Shown here: piece after piece, positions 1 to 13,815 of the stretch
Layout of the letters: each line of letters starts with the position of its first letter
How positions within the stretch are numbered: position 1 is the first letter of the stretch
Assembly (NCBI GenBank): GCA_001949185.1
Contig: BDGG01000004.1
Span: forward strand, 2,257,620-2,321,619
DNA: 64,000 nucleotides
Source of the DNA: Ramazzottius varieornatus
Taxonomy: Eukaryota; Animalia; Tardigrada
Direction of reading: 5' to 3'
Translations under genes and position numbers: made by a program
Notes under the pieces: model-generated
Told to the model about the DNA's origin: nothing
Seen by the model: the letters and a program-made list of their open reading frames with translations, nothing else
The model's database searches: none

Positions 1-1
1 G

Positions 2-664
2 ACTTCCGACGAAGTTATTCAGCTGCGGAAAGAAGGAAAGATTATTCTGGCTTACTTGTCTGTGGGACAAGCCGAGAAGAGCCGACACTATTGGCAAGAC
101 GACTGGGTTCCTGGCTCCTTCCCTCGCTTCATCGACGACAGTACTCCTTCGAAGTCGTCGACACGCATGAATACTCGATTCTGGATGCCCGAATGGCAGA
201 GCATTCTTCGACGCTACCTTCAGGATTTGATCAGCTACGGTTACTCTGGTGTGGTTCTTGATTCCGTCGACACCTACCAGCGCTTCGTACAACAAGAAGA
301 ACGGTTGTTTCCCGCTGACGACATGATTGCATTGATTGCTGGCCTGCGGCAACAGCAACGTGACTTCCTATTGTTTGTGACCAATGCGGTCGAGTTGTAT
401 CAAGACGATCTATTCAGGCGCTCCATCGACGGGATCGTTGCGACCGGCACATGGTACCATACTGACGTCCCTATCGACCAAAGAAACACAAATTTCACGC
501 TGGGGTTCTTGCGGAAAGCGCGAGCCGATACCAAAACTATCTTAGCTTCTGATTTTCCGAAAGACCTCACTCATGTTTGTGATTTTTATATCAAGTGTAC
601 GACGGAGGTATTTCGGTGCGCGGTTTTTGATGTTCGTTTGAATGGTGCTGGGGAGAGCTGTTGA
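2..664 (+). CDS. GH114/GH166-like (TM1410/MJ1477-type, endo-alpha-1,4-polygalactosaminidase-like) TIM-barrel protein, 5'-truncated by the window edge
   Basis: Frame is open from nt 2: TSDEVIQLRKEGKIILAYLSVGQAEKSRHYW...RFWMPEWQSIL...GYSGVVLDSVDTY...MIALI...F.LFVTNA...IDGI. This matches the family motifs AYxSxGxAExxRxYW, xFWxxxW and GxxGxxLDxxDxY. No intron in 660 nt. Confidence 0.8.
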   Translation, partial: TSDEVIQLRKEGKIILAYLSVGQAEKSRHYWQDDWVPGSFPRFIDDSTPSKSSTRMNTRFWMPEWQSILRRYLQDLISYGYSGVVLDSVDTYQRFVQQEERLFPADDMIALIAGLRQQQRDFLLFVTNAVELYQDDLFRRSIDGIVATGTWYHTDVPIDQRNTNFTLGFLRKARADTKTILASDFPKDLTHVCDFYIKCTTEVFRCAVFDVRLNGAGESC

Positions 665-674
665 ACGGTAAACA

Positions 675-2179
675 TTACATAACAAACAAGTTAAATGACC
701 TGACATATGGTATGACGTCAACCAGATGGCTACCTACATCGACTAAGTTAACTTCTCTCAGCAGGAAATAAACCAAAATAAGGACTAGCAAATACCACTT
801 CGTAAACTTTGATTTACTTTCCCCGTCGAGTATCCGGTCTGGTACCTGAATATCCTGCTTCTCGAAGGACAGTTCCGCAAGCGTCTGGAGCCGAATAGTG
901 GGACGATGTCGTTCTGCACCTTCCGAGGCGGGGAAAAGTTCCGCGATCACTTCGAAGCTGGTACGTAAACAGCTCAGTCTAGAAACTCTAGCGTACCACA
1001 AAGTCCAAATTAAACACCCAAATATAACGGTAATCGCACTTACCTCGCATTGTTGGGCAAAGAGAATAAGACGTACTGCCGAAACAGGAACTTTGGCTTT
1101 TCGTTTTTCGTTCACTCAATCGTGCTCATGATCACATTCAGCCCGGACGATTTCGTTTATTCTGCTTCTTCAAGGAGTTTACGCGTGCTCCGTGTGCGGC
1201 TTCGAGCTTTTCCCAAGCATTTCCAAATATGAACACTCCTCTCCATGGCCGGCGTTTTCAAGAACCATGCATCCCGACAGCGTGAAGAAGGAGCCGGAAG
1301 TGATCCCGCAGAGCAAACCCAATGCCCTAAAAGTACGTACTAAATCAAAGAGTGACAGGTTGCATCTCACAACAAGGTAAGACCATTCGAGGATAAGTTT
1401 ACCATAAAACTTTACATTCGTCAGGTGTCATGCGGCCAGTGTGGACAAGGTCTGGGACATGAATTCCTCCAGGATGGTCCAGACGGTGGTTCCCGCTTTT
1501 GAATATTCTCGGACAGTCTCCAGTTCGTAGCAAAGCCGTCAAAGGTTGTTCTGGGAAGCGACGAAACTGATACACTTGCGCAAGAAAAGTCTTAGTGATG
1601 AGATCTATAGTACCTGCTAGACGAAAAGACGACAGGGGACAAATGAATTTTCCCAGCGAAACCTCCCATCCGAGGAGCTGTGCTAAAGGATGCGATCCCT
1701 CGTCGTCAACCTGCCGAAGCTTTCGTCTTCTTTGTTGTCTGCTTATCCAACTCGAACAAAATAATGCCTTCCCCACAAGCATGTTTACAGTCATATTCGT
1801 TGGATTTTTAGAGCTTCCTGAAAACATGAAACAGTTGAAAGTTGAAAGGAGTCTCTGACCAAGTAAACTGAGAACCTGAAATGAGAGTGGGCATCGGGCG
1901 CTGCAGCGGTAGCGACCAATCAAAAGGACGGCAATCAACCGTTTGATGAACGGAGCACCGCATCCGCCTGATTGAGATTGACCCGAGCGAGCCGGGCCCC
2001 GCCCACTTGCCCAGGTGATATCCGAAGCACTTGACTTGAGAAACTTTCTCAAATGTCAAGCCTTTTTCATCAGCTTCAAGTACCTTCGTCTCAGAGATTG
2101 AGATATCCGGAATCCGGAATGAGTGGAATCCTTGAGCTTGTTCAGGGTTTGGTCTAGTTAACCGACCAATTTGAGTCAT
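675..2179 (-). CDS. Unidentified multi-exon gene (may extend upstream to about 2630 or 3490)
   Basis: Chain of minus-strand ORFs bounded by GT-AG sites (e.g. ...ECKVLW|gtaaac, ...FAQQCE|gtaag). No family recognised; boundaries are approximate. Confidence 0.35.
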
Positions 2180-4684
2180 ACAAGATTACCCGACAGGGAT
2201 TACGTGATTCATGGTCATTTGTCACCATTAGTTTTATTGATCTGCAAAATTCTTAAAACTCAGCTGCATCGCACGTATCTACATCTCGCAGCCGCGACCG
2301 GAAACATTCAGACGACGGTGGACGGTAATATGGACTAGCCAACGTATTTTTGCAACCGCAGATTCCGCACATTGCTTCATTCGACCAGCAAAGGCACTGC
2401 TCGTCCTGCTAATCCCGCACTCGCCAGGTATTCTCCCGTGCATTATCTGTTTAATTTGCACGGAAACATACGTGCAGTCGTCAGTACTGACCAGCCTATT
2501 CGTTGACAGGTCTCGCCCATTCCCTCCATCTTTAATCCACCGGATACAAAAGAATCCTTCTGGAGTATAAGCACTGAAGCACATGTACGTTGATGAATGG
2601 CCAGGTATTTCTGCCGAGCTTGTAAGTTTCAAAGCAATGTATCGTGTGTGTCCGCACCTGTCTTCTTTCCAGCCTATAACCCAGGATTTGGGACAGTTAG
2701 GTTACTGCTCGGCATTATGAATGGACTAGATGGTCAAGGTTGTTCTTTTAGTTTTGGGGGGATTCGTCAAGGTATTCAACAGGTTGCCGTCGTCGTTGGC
2801 TTCTTCGGGTTTCATCGCTTTGCTTGGGTGATCGAGTGAGAAAGTGCTCGTCCGCCGTCCACGGTTAATCTGATACGCCCTGATGAAGGCTATCACTGCG
2901 GAGAAACCTTGTCGTTACAAGAACAGGTCTTAACCCGCGGTCGACGTTGTGATGGGTGTCGTAAAGTCGGTCAAGTGATGCTTAATTAATTTTGATCGTA
3001 GTCTCGTTCTGCGTCGAGCATTGAGGCACGTCGGAAGTCGCGCCTTTCAACGTCGTTCCAGCTACAGGGTTCTTTGATACCGTTTTCGCAAGACTTTAGT
3101 CACTTCATCAGGGCATAGATTCATCCCCCAAGACGCCGAAGAACTCGTCTATCGAGGAAAAAAACTGGGCAAGATCTGTCGCTCTATTTCGAATGTTGAG
3201 ATTGATCAATACTTTCCATTTGTTTGACAAAGCCTGTACTTTCTTGCTTCAGCCTGAAGCAGCTCCTATGGCGACCCGAAAAGCAGTAGAGTCTTGTCGG
3301 AGGTTGACCTAACGACAAAGGAACGTAGCATGTTATGATGGTGGATGTTGGCTGTTGTGGGCGTTTGACGATGTTTGGTTTTACAAACTCTCCATGTTTT
3401 GTTACAGTGTAAACCCGGCGTCGCTTGGTGTTAGGGTGATTAGCGGACCGTTATGGACGTTCTTTCGTCTTGATGCGCGGCGATCCATAACACAAAGTCA
3501 AACAAGTGTCGCGCGAGCTGGGTACGCAAACGCCTCGTGTGGCGTCGTCAAAAGTGTACCTCTGTAAGTTGAGCAAACACATCCGCTCGTTCGGACGCCA
3601 TTCCTACCATCGTAATCTTTTACCATCGTAATCTACCACTATATTACGCTGTTTGTATTTTGTCGTATTGGACAGGACAGGCGTTGCAATCAGGTCCGAA
3701 TCAAAAGCTGGAATATCTTACGGTACATAGAAAACTTCACGAAGAACCCACCGATCTCTTGCCGTCGAACCCCACAGCTTTCTCCAGTAGCGCCTACGAA
3801 GAGGGTTCACTCCATCCGTCTCTTCCGGTACCGGACCTTAGCCTTTTTTCTCGACTTATTTGGCCACACGATTCCTCTGGTCAAATTGTAAAAATTTTTA
3901 TCACTGTTAAGAATTAGTGCACGACTTGGTCGCGGGATCTTATGGTTAGGTGCGTGTGGGTTTTTGCTGGTTCGCGCTGATTGATGGAACGCTGCTTTCT
4001 TGCTTCGTTGTACCATTATGAAAGCGACAACGGTATTACATGCACCGGTGATCTTGCTGTTGTACGGAGATGACAACAGCGGAAATTGTGACGTTATGCG
4101 GAAGAGCTTTTGAGGTAGTGGCTGACGTGCTCGTTGAAGCGCGACGGTACGTAAGGTGGTCAGTCGGTCAAGTAACGTCGTAACACACGGGCAAGACTAG
4201 CGAAATTTATGCAAGATTATTCGCCAGTTATTCTTGAAGATAGCAACAGACTGAGATACTCTTGGCGATCGTACGGCACAGTGCGAGCTACGAAAGACGT
4301 CCGAGGTTCTCCGAGAGTACAGTGGACTGTGATCTAACGAACGTCGAGGTGTTTCACGTAATTTGCAGGAGCTTTGTGCGAGTATAGAAGCTGGCGTTGA
4401 CATCTTTTCGCTTTTTGACGTGCATGGTGTTGTTTTCGTGTGCATTGTCAAGTATGTTCTTATGAAGAAAAAATAATTATAGTATAGGAGAACTAATTCA
4501 GCCTCAACACGAACGGAGTTTACCGCTGTCAATGATATTCTAAAATATTTTCCTGTCTTTTTGCAGAAGGCACTCAAGAAGCGACCAACTCATGCCCTGG
4601 ATTCTTCTGACGCCGGAAACTAGAATGAAGTGAGGTGTCGGACCCTCGACAACACGCGAGCAAGTCAGATATCCTGTCTTCGGG

Positions 4685-6868
4685 ATGGAAGTGAAGGTGT
4701 ACGTTGACGGACTGCAACGGTAACGAAACCTGTAATAATTGAAAATCTTTAATAATTTGTTCGATGGTCGGTTCTTCGTACTGAGAATGTCGTCTTCGAC
4801 GTTTTAGGTGCCAATCGTTGTAAATAATCCTTAGAAATCTGTGTGCGTGTTGGCAGCGATTGTAAAGCAACGTGGTATTCAAGCATTAAAAAATAATCAC
4901 TGCGGAAATGTGCTTACAGGTCGATTTGCGGCGTCGGAAAAGATACGACATGCCAAGACATTGTTTATGCTCTGGCACACGCCACGGGAAAACGAGGCCG
5001 CTTCGTCTTGGTGGAGCGTTCGCTGAGAGGCAAACACGAAAAGCCGCTGGCTCCCTCGGATCCTATCCTCCTGCTTCTCCAGCAGAAGGGCGAGTTCTGG
5101 CACGATGTCCAGTTCGTCCTGCTCCAAACCGAACAATCTGGCAACGCAGCCACTTCCTTCCAGCATTCTCTCTCACCTCTTCCTACCGAGTCGCCCTTCC
5201 AGAGGTCCTTTGATGGAAAGGGAGGGACTATGAGGAAGTCGCTGAGTTCCTGTAGGTCAGATTTTAGTCTTGCGAAGCCGAATCAGAATAACACTAAAGT
5301 GTCGGGGATTAGTTTCCCGATGGGCGTAGTCGAGAATAACTTCGCCACTGATCTCATCGCGACGAAGGCAATGAAGAAAGCCGTTTCGCATGGACAGATG
5401 GTTCCACCTCTGGCGAACCAAGTATTGCAAGTCCCTATCATGCCTTACGGAAGTGAGATTCCCTATGACTTCAACGAGGGCGCACCTTCAGCCGAAATCT
5501 CCAGCAAGAAAGGTAAGAGCTGCTGCTAATTGACTTAAACGCGTACAACGTGAAAAGGTCCACAAAAGTTGGTCCAACTAATTTTAATTATCTTGCAGGC
5601 TCGGTACGGAATGGTAACGCACACAAAGAGGCCTCACAGAAGGCTTCGGACAAACGCAAGCAGTTGGTGCAAGGGATTGAACAGCAAAGTGCGGAGCTGG
5701 AAAATACGCAGCAGCGCGAATATCAAGTGGACAAAGGTTGGTTTCTTGAGGAGCTAACCTAATTTCCATGATTCTGGACCTAGGCAAACAAACTTAACAA
5801 CATCGTTCTCCAAGCTGGCGCACGCACTCAGTCAGTAACACTAGAAGCGTGCGCCACTTGGGAAGATAATCTTGTTGAGTTTATCTGCCAAACTCAACAA
5901 CATTTATATCCTCCCATTTTCTTTTACTTTGAAGTTCGAAGTTTTCTGTTTCAGAGATCAGTATGTGGGAATCAAAGCTCGCACTGCTGTCCGAAGAAAT
6001 TGAATCTGTGGAGAACTCCACAAAGAAGCAGCGTCTCTCAGAAAAGTCCGTCAGTGCCGAAATCTCACAGTTGCTTAACCTTTCGCTCGAGAACGTCCTA
6101 CAACAAAGACTGGACGAAATCGAAGCGGTAAAAGGCGAAATGCACAACATCAAAGCTAGTATCGACGATCGCGAAGCTGATATCAAGCGTACTCACGCAC
6201 GCGTCCAAGAGCTGTCTCGAGAACTGGACAGGGAGGAAGCCAAGAACGTCCAACAACTCAACAGCTTAGTGAAGGCCGAACGAGACAAAGTTGCCAGAGG
6301 ACTCCATCAGCTTGTCATCATCCAAGCACAGCAGGACCGACGACTGGAAGAGGCTAGTCTGGAGGAACAACGGTTGGACTCGACTATCCTGGCAAGCCAG
6401 CTGGAGTTGGACTCTCTTCAATCCACACTGAAGAAGGTCAACTTCGCGGGTTTCGTCACTTCGAGTATCCCACATGCGACAAGCACAGACACTTTGTCCG
6501 AGTTTGCCACAACCAACGCCGGTCAGTTATTTGACCACTAGTGAAAGAGTCGTAGGTTGTTTGTTAGAGAGTGGTGAAAACATTCCAAAGGATCTCGGTA
6601 GATCTACTGTATTATAGTCGACTGAATACGGTTGTTAAAGAGGGTTAACATGATGGACAACGTCAGATCGTGTGGTGATAATGACACTTGTGTTTTTTCT
6701 TCAGAGAGCCTCCGAAGTGGCCCACAGCAGCAGAACGCTGTGATGACCGCTGTCAAGCTAGAGAACCGCGCTTCGCCAACGCCACCTGCGCGAAAGACTA
6801 CACCTTCGCAGCGCATCATCGTGCTCAAGCGCAACACTGCGCGAGATCCGCAAGGGATGTGGGTCTAA
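4685..6868 (+). CDS. RASSF8: N-terminal Ras-association domain family protein (RASSF7/8-like)
   Basis: Spliced N-terminus MEVKVYVDGLQR|SICGVGKDTTCQDIVYALAHATGKRGRFVLVE...PLAPSDP...DVQFVL is an N-RASSF RA domain. Long coiled coil at 5963-6430. The last exon (from about 6705) ends DPQGMWV*, like the RASSF8 C-terminal PEGI(Y/W)V motif. Confidence 0.85.
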
Positions 6869-9119
6869 ATGCTCGAGCAGAGACCAATCTGCCAGCACCA
6901 AAGATACCCAAACATTCGCATTCTAATCTCAGAACGTATACGGCTGTTCCCTTCCCTGCCAAATAACTACTCGTAGTGGAAGTTCTGCCTTGTACATCCG
7001 CTAGCTTCGCACACTATCAGTCTCGTTGTACCCGGCGTAGCGCTGTCTGTTTTTATAGTGTTTTTGCTTGAATCCTTAAAGGATCACCGCCACGTCCGCA
7101 CTGTTTTGCTCATATATTACGCTCACGTTTTACTGGTTCCCACTTTGATGCCTTTACGCACTCTTTTGTAACGTTCTTGTTTGACACTTTCTAATGGTTA
7201 TATAGCTGGTAGTTCTGCGGACGTTCACCTGTGTTTCTCGGACTTCCCTGGTCTCGAGGTGGCCGTTGTTGCTGGAATTACAGCAAACTTTGAACGTGTG
7301 GACCACCGCCGCTGTACTTCCGTCTGCGGTTCCGACTAGTGCTGGGAACTTTGGAAGGCAGATAATACGTAAGATTTCGAAGTGTGTACCTTGTCAGTGC
7401 TCTAATCAAAGCCTGGAGTTTCGTTTGAACTGTACAATCGCGAAAGTAGGCGACCGGATACGTGATAAGGCTCGTTCAAAGGTGGCCTGACCAACAACCT
7501 TCACAGTTTGCTCTTGGCAGCAGGTGGCACCTGCGCACTTGCTGCTACTGCCGCAAGACTTCGAAGGTATGATATTCCATTTTCTGCCCACTGAATTCTG
7601 AAACTATTGATAAGGACAATGATCTGCTTATGCCCATTGGGGAAGTGCGTGATGACTGGTGAGAAGGCGGAAAAGCCAAGAGGCGGAAATGTTGAGTCAT
7701 CTATATGACACATACGATGCGTCGAACAGAGCCATGACCCAGGCCTAAGCCCACGTGTTTAGTGCATGAGACCTTGGGAAGTCTTACCGTCCCTCGTTAT
7801 CTAGGGAAGTTGCCGGTCGCCGAAGTTTCCCCATGGTCCCCCTACAGACGTCGTCGATTGAAAGCGCTCCTGGAAGCCGCAGAATTACGCACAACGACAT
7901 TTTATCTGCGTGAACCGTAAAACTGTAGCCTTCAGGTAGCCACTCTCCCATAAGTCCATCATCGTCCTCCCAGCTAAATGATACCTCAAACAAATAAGCT
8001 AGCTCTGGTTCAGTGGATACTGATGGAGAACTTTGCGCACCTGCGACCGTATGATCCCATCCCGAAGGTTTCGGCACCTGAAAATAGATGACAAATTCCG
8101 GAAGGCTGCCAAGTACAGATCGATTAGGGCAAGCATAGAGGCGGATGAGGCAGTTTACACAGAAGGAGGCAGTTCATATCTCGAGATGGACTCGAGCAGG
8201 TTATCTTACCGTAAACGTTACAAGGCGACGGCATACCTTGGCGGAAGTCATTGCGGCGATGGTGATGAGGACAGCAGAATGATGCTGGCCGTGGTTCTCC
8301 GGCCGTCTCTTGCAGTGAAGTAGGCGTTGGGAAAGCAGAGACGCCATCAGTAGCGAGATGATCAAGCCCAGTGGAAATTTCTTGCTGTCTAGCAATGGCG
8401 ATGCCGGGCCGGCTTGAGGAAAGAAGTAGAGTGGCGATATGTCAACGTTGTCTGGTGCCTTGATACCCAACAAGCTGGTTTTGCCAGTCAATCGATGGGC
8501 CGGTCTTTGCCCTCTCCCACCATTGGCCATTCTTCAATGCAAGCAATCAAGCGCTGCCCCCTTCGCCTGAGGATACCACCAGGCGCCCACCAATGACAAT
8601 CTCCCTAATCCTTCAGATCAGGTTGTCAATGGTTGGAATAACGTGACCACTCCCTGTCTACCTCCAAGGCACCTCCTCGGTAACCTACATTATTTGCTTT
8701 GCCTCAGTGATCGTGCAAGTAAAATTTGTTTGCAGATCCTCGAGGAATAGGTGGGAATGGAATTACGCATTAGTGATATTAACGGAACGCTCCGTTCTTC
8801 ATATTTCATGAATTTAGTACGAAAGAAAAGTAGGTTGCCGAAGAGGAGCTGCTAGCGGTTGCCGCGCAGCTACTTCCTCATTCACCTGTCGCTGCAGAGC
8901 AGTTCTCTAGTCACCTCACGGCACTCTACATCTCTCGTTTGCATTAATGATCCCTCGTAATCATAAAGAGTACAGAACGGTAGGCAGACAAGGCTCCCAC
9001 AAGGATACCTTATATAGTAAATTCCGCCGTAACTTGTCCACTTATGCCTAATGAATAAGAGCTACCGCAAAAACACCATCGAACGCCTATTCCACATTCA
9101 GTTTTTCGTATTAAGGGAC

Positions 9120-12100
9120 TTAACGCCCTCGCTTTTTAATAGCTTTGGCAGAAGGCTTTTTCGAGTTGAGGTTATTCAAAGCCAGTTTCAAGCGATCAGT
9201 GAGCTGTTCACCAAGTGCATCGTTTCGGATGATGGCGGTGATAGACTCTTTCAGAACATCAACATTGCTTCGAGGACTCATTTCCGAGTTCATGAAACCA
9301 ATACCAATTTCAAACATTCCACTCTTGAAACTCTCCAGCGGATCCATCTCGTCATCGGGTAGCAAGAGTCTTTCGGTGGGTGACATGGCCATCATCAGAC
9401 AGCGGGTGAACCTGTAAGCTTCCCACGCCGGGTAGTAGGATGGATCTTGCGCCAAAGCCAGACGAAAGTTCTGGATGGACATACTGAACAAGCCGCGATA
9501 GGCATAGACAGTGCCCAAGGTGAAAAAACTACCAGGCTACACGAAGAACACACGAAAATCAAGTAATGAAACGGGAGTGGGTCTAGTCATATGAACACGA
9601 CCAGATCATTAGTCCAAGTGGCGCAAGTTTTTAGCCAATAACAATGTAAAAATGCGCCACTTGGAGAAACACGCTTTTCGAACAGGTTTGTCGAGCTCCC
9701 AAATTACGGTGCAAAGGTTGGCGGATACCTCTGATGATTGAACATAAAGCAAAAGAGTGAAAAGGACAAAGGCTGACCTACCTCTTTGGAGGAGTCGGCC
9801 AGTTTCCTGGTGAGTGGCATCAGAGAGTCCGTTTGGTTCGAGAAGCGCAAGAAGGAAGCGATGCCCACTGTTGCAACATCTTCATACTCGGTTGGCATAG
9901 TATTGTACGCTCTTCCGAGACATTCGGCTGCTCGACTTGTTGCTCCGACTGCCCTCCAGTACCTGAAGATAATACAAATGAGCACGGCGGTCCGCATGAA
10001 CCTCGAACACGACAAGCTTCGGAGGTACTGTATGAAGTTCACTTCATGCAGGCTGATGCGGCACTTACAGAGAAGCTGTACTGAAGAACATCCACGGCGG
10101 CATCAAATCCTAATAACGAGACAGATGTAAGGTCACCTAGGTTCAAACGGTTCTACAGGGAAAACGCTGTGCAAATGAATTGCTCTGTACCAAAATATAT
10201 GCCAGAGAAACCTTTCGACCAAAGTCTTCCAGTGAGCCGCACATCCTCATGTAATCCCATATGGCCTTCTGGATATCCTTATCAGGATTCAGGACATCTC
10301 CCATGTCGTCACCCCAGAAACTGCCCATCATCTCCGAAGTCGTAGTCGGCAGCTTGAAGGGAGTGTTCTCGCAGTACGGCAGAGAAACTCCTTTAACGGC
10401 ATTCAGCGTCCCAATAACGTCCCAAAATCTGTAACATTACAACCGTCGTGAACGCCCTAACGAAATCTTAAATTCCGGGGTGTCTCCAACCGGAAAGGTA
10501 ACTAAAGTCCAAGTGAGCTGAGTCACTGGTTTCCTGTCAAAAGAACGATGCCTTGGTCAGGTGTACCTAAAGCCCTTGTTCTCTAGGGGTATCACGACGG
10601 AAACTTTGCGAGAGGGAACAGCTCCTATATTCGCTTCGTGACCACACAACAGGTCGCATTCTTCATCGGGAGGCCAGTCGCTCGACATGAAGTAATGTTT
10701 GTATTCAGAAGATGGTTGTGGTGAGCTTTGGAACTTCTGCGAAGTCGACGGACTGTCGAGCGACAAGCCATTCTTCCATGTCGGCACATATTTCCGGTCC
10801 TGTAGAAAAACAGAATGTTCAAAGTAGGATGTTATCTGCAAACCATGTGCGAATCACGAGGATGTAATCACCGAATCATCCGAACTATCAAAGTTGTACG
10901 ATCCATCGGGATGGAAAGAGCGTGGCCCAACAGCTGCAAACAACCAGATTGCAATCCAGTATGGTTTAGAGAAGGTCAAAACTGAAAACGTATCATTTTG
11001 AGAAACGTGTTACCCTTGTGATCACCAAAGGCTTCCTGCAAATCCGAAACTGCACCAGCTCGTGTGTCCTGAATCTCCGCGTACAGCTTGTCGACTTTTA
11101 TCGCAAGCACGCCAACGTTCTCGAACTGACTTATGATTTCCTTCAAATCCCTGACAGAACAATCAGCTTTGCTCAATAGTCAATACTGATTTGCATGTAA
11201 GCTTAAATTCATGTTTTAAAACCAGAATATTGGCTTACTTGTGTTGTTCGGATAGTGCTTCATGGACCTCCAACATAGATAGTTTTCAGAGCTTCCCAAC
11301 TGAACACCAATATACTGAATGTTCAAAGCGCTACAGCGCATGTCTGATTTGTACCTTTGCGTGGCACTTGATGGCGTATCGGTAGCTGTGAAGCACTTCC
11401 GGCTGCTTCGTGTGCTTTATAGCAGCGCTAAAGGCGTCTACCGCGGCATCGAAATCCGAAATCGACTATTAAAAAAAACATAAAATACGACATACGTTTA
11501 AGAGGAAGAGATGCAACAAGCATACCGCAAGAATGAGTCCAGTCAGCGTGTACACAGCTGGCGCCATGGAATTGTCGCCACAAATGTTCGGTGTGGCTCG
11601 AGCAATTGTTAACGCATCTTCCGCGTGGTTTCCTCTGTACAGAAGCGAAGCCATGCTGATCAGTGCGATGTCTTTATGCTCCCTGTAAAATAGAAACGTT
11701 GAAGCGTTAAAAAAGACTTGCTGACCAGTGCACTGAAACAGCTTACTTTGGCGAGTAGTGAAAAGCTCGCTTGGCGCACTCCAACCCGAAATACGCGTCC
11801 CCGTTCATCCGATGGTAGAAAGCTGCCAGGTTTAGCAGCACCCATGAAGTTTTATTCTGAAAAGATAAACTGTCGACTGACATGACAGATCGATGGTTTG
11901 CAGGTTCGAGAAACTCGTGGAGAATTACCGTCTTTAGGGCTTCTGCCACTGCGTTGCCGTAATCCGCGAGAGTGAAACCAGCTAACACGTCGCCAATCAT
12001 CTTCTCTGGCGCAGCTGTCAAACGTCTTCGATTGCGGAAACCCTAAAGGGCAGACACAAGACGAAATCAGCTGAAGACACGGATCACGAATGGCACAGCA

Positions 12101-12871
12101 GTCAGGTGATGCGGGATGGAAGGGATCTAACTTCACATACCGGCAAAGTATCGATAAACTCAGATGTGGTGTCTGACTCGACAAAGTCAAGGCATTCAGG
12201 GAACCATTCTGGTGCGACTTTCTTATACTTCGGTGCTTTGATGAAGTTCCTAGTTCTAGATAGAAGCTTCGGCCTTAGCTAAAAGCGGATATTCTCGAAC
12301 CGGAAGTCCTCCGTCCAACTATACGAGAATGAGTCTTACTTGAAGCCTTTCACTTCCAGTGATATCACGACACTCTCAAACAGATTTAACTTCTTGTAGA
12401 GGTTTCCCGCTCGCTTGCAGTCATTGTCCGAACGAAGGATGACTTGCTCCACATCGACGTCTTCGTCCTTGTTCATTAGGTGGTCCAGTCGATCCCGCAG
12501 GTTTTCGAGAGCTAAAGATCGATTCGTTTGCACTCGTTGCATTCGTTCACGATCAGACATGATCTACACACTTGACTGTTTATCCTGAAGTTCTCGAATC
12601 TTCTTTTCTTGGTCCACAAGCTCAAATATGTCATCGTAGTTTCGTATGTTGTAAAGGGAATCAACCTGCATGGAGAAGTCTCTCGATTAGTCGATCGCTC
12701 GAACATCTTTCTTCTCCTTTACTCGTACAAGACGCAACTGGAACTCACGCGAGAATGAATTTTGTCGTCGCTGCGGCTGGCGAAGAGATGTGTCGCGGAG
12801 TGAACGGAATGTTCTCCATGGTCCCAGATCAAGAGCAGCAATAAAAACAGACATCTCTTCCAGTTATCCAT
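9120..12871 (-). CDS. TTC17: Tetratricopeptide repeat protein 17 (signal peptide, TPR repeats), multi-exon
   Basis: Hydrophobic leader MDNWKRCLFLLLLLIW; ATHLFASRSDDKIHSR|VDSLYNIRNYDDIFEL; DNDCKRAG; SWVLLNLAAFYHRMNGDAYFGLECAKRAFHYSP; FMSSDWPPDEEC; YWRAVGATSRAAECL; terminal TPR LGTVYAYRG. Confidence 0.9.
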
Positions 12872-13815
12872 GATGATAGATAAACAGCACCCTTGGTACT
12901 GCACTACAACGACGTATACAGATTCAAGAACGGTGCCTTGCAGCTATCACAGCAGATTCCAGGAACGTCACTTCCATCAGTTCCACGGCATCATTGGTAT
13001 GGGACCATGGGAAGCTGGAAACCTTCACTTCCGGAGGGAGCGCAGAGTCGCAGACTCCGCAGAGACGAAATCAAGTGTGACCGCACATGACATGAGATGA
13101 CATCTCATTGACATGACATGTGATACCACGCAATCGCGGGATTGTTGATCTGTATGTCAGTTGATTCAACTTGGCTGCAATCATCTTGATTAGTCGGTAT
13201 TCTAAGTTGGAATTTTTATTCCATGTGTTTTTCGCCACACGGTGCACAGTCGCCATCAGCTGCTACTGCTAGCGCTGGTCGGCGCTACCATTGCCCACCG
13301 AGCTTCCTCTTTGGGAGTGTTCGCCTCTGCTCATCATGGAACCGGAGAGGTCGTCGACAAGGAGGAGGGAAGAAGACTTGACGCTTGTCTGCGAAGATTT
13401 CAGTGTGTTTCAGGTTTGTTCTACTGCTCAATAAGTTAGTGTGCCTGGGATCTACTGCCGGCCCTTGTTCTCATGTTCTTCTGGTCGCCGTGGTCGAAGT
13501 TCATGTACCGCTACTGATTCTTGTGTTGCAGCGACGTCTGAAAGATGCCAGATTAGTGGATGACCGTCTCGTTTACGCCATTAACACGAATGTTCCCACG
13601 GAGTCGTTTATTTCGACCGAAAATGCAGATGATCAGTGTCATAAGTTGCAGCAACAGGTACTGTTCACTCCGTATCTCATTTCCACTTTCCTTTCTCAAT
13701 GCAGAATGTCCTTTCCGAAACTAGAAAAGTGCTCGTCGTCTGATGCTGAAATTATAACTATCCTAATTATAAGCTTAACAAGCATACAAATTTTTTGGCT
13801 CCTCACTGTCACAAG

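Noticed and set aside
7501-8530. Minus-strand ORFs, one ending AKSKL* (PTS1-like), suggesting a peroxisomal protein
   Set aside because: The obvious splice from the upstream ORF (phase 2) gives an immediate stop rather than the SKL frame. A gene may exist at about 6950-8530, but I cannot support a model.
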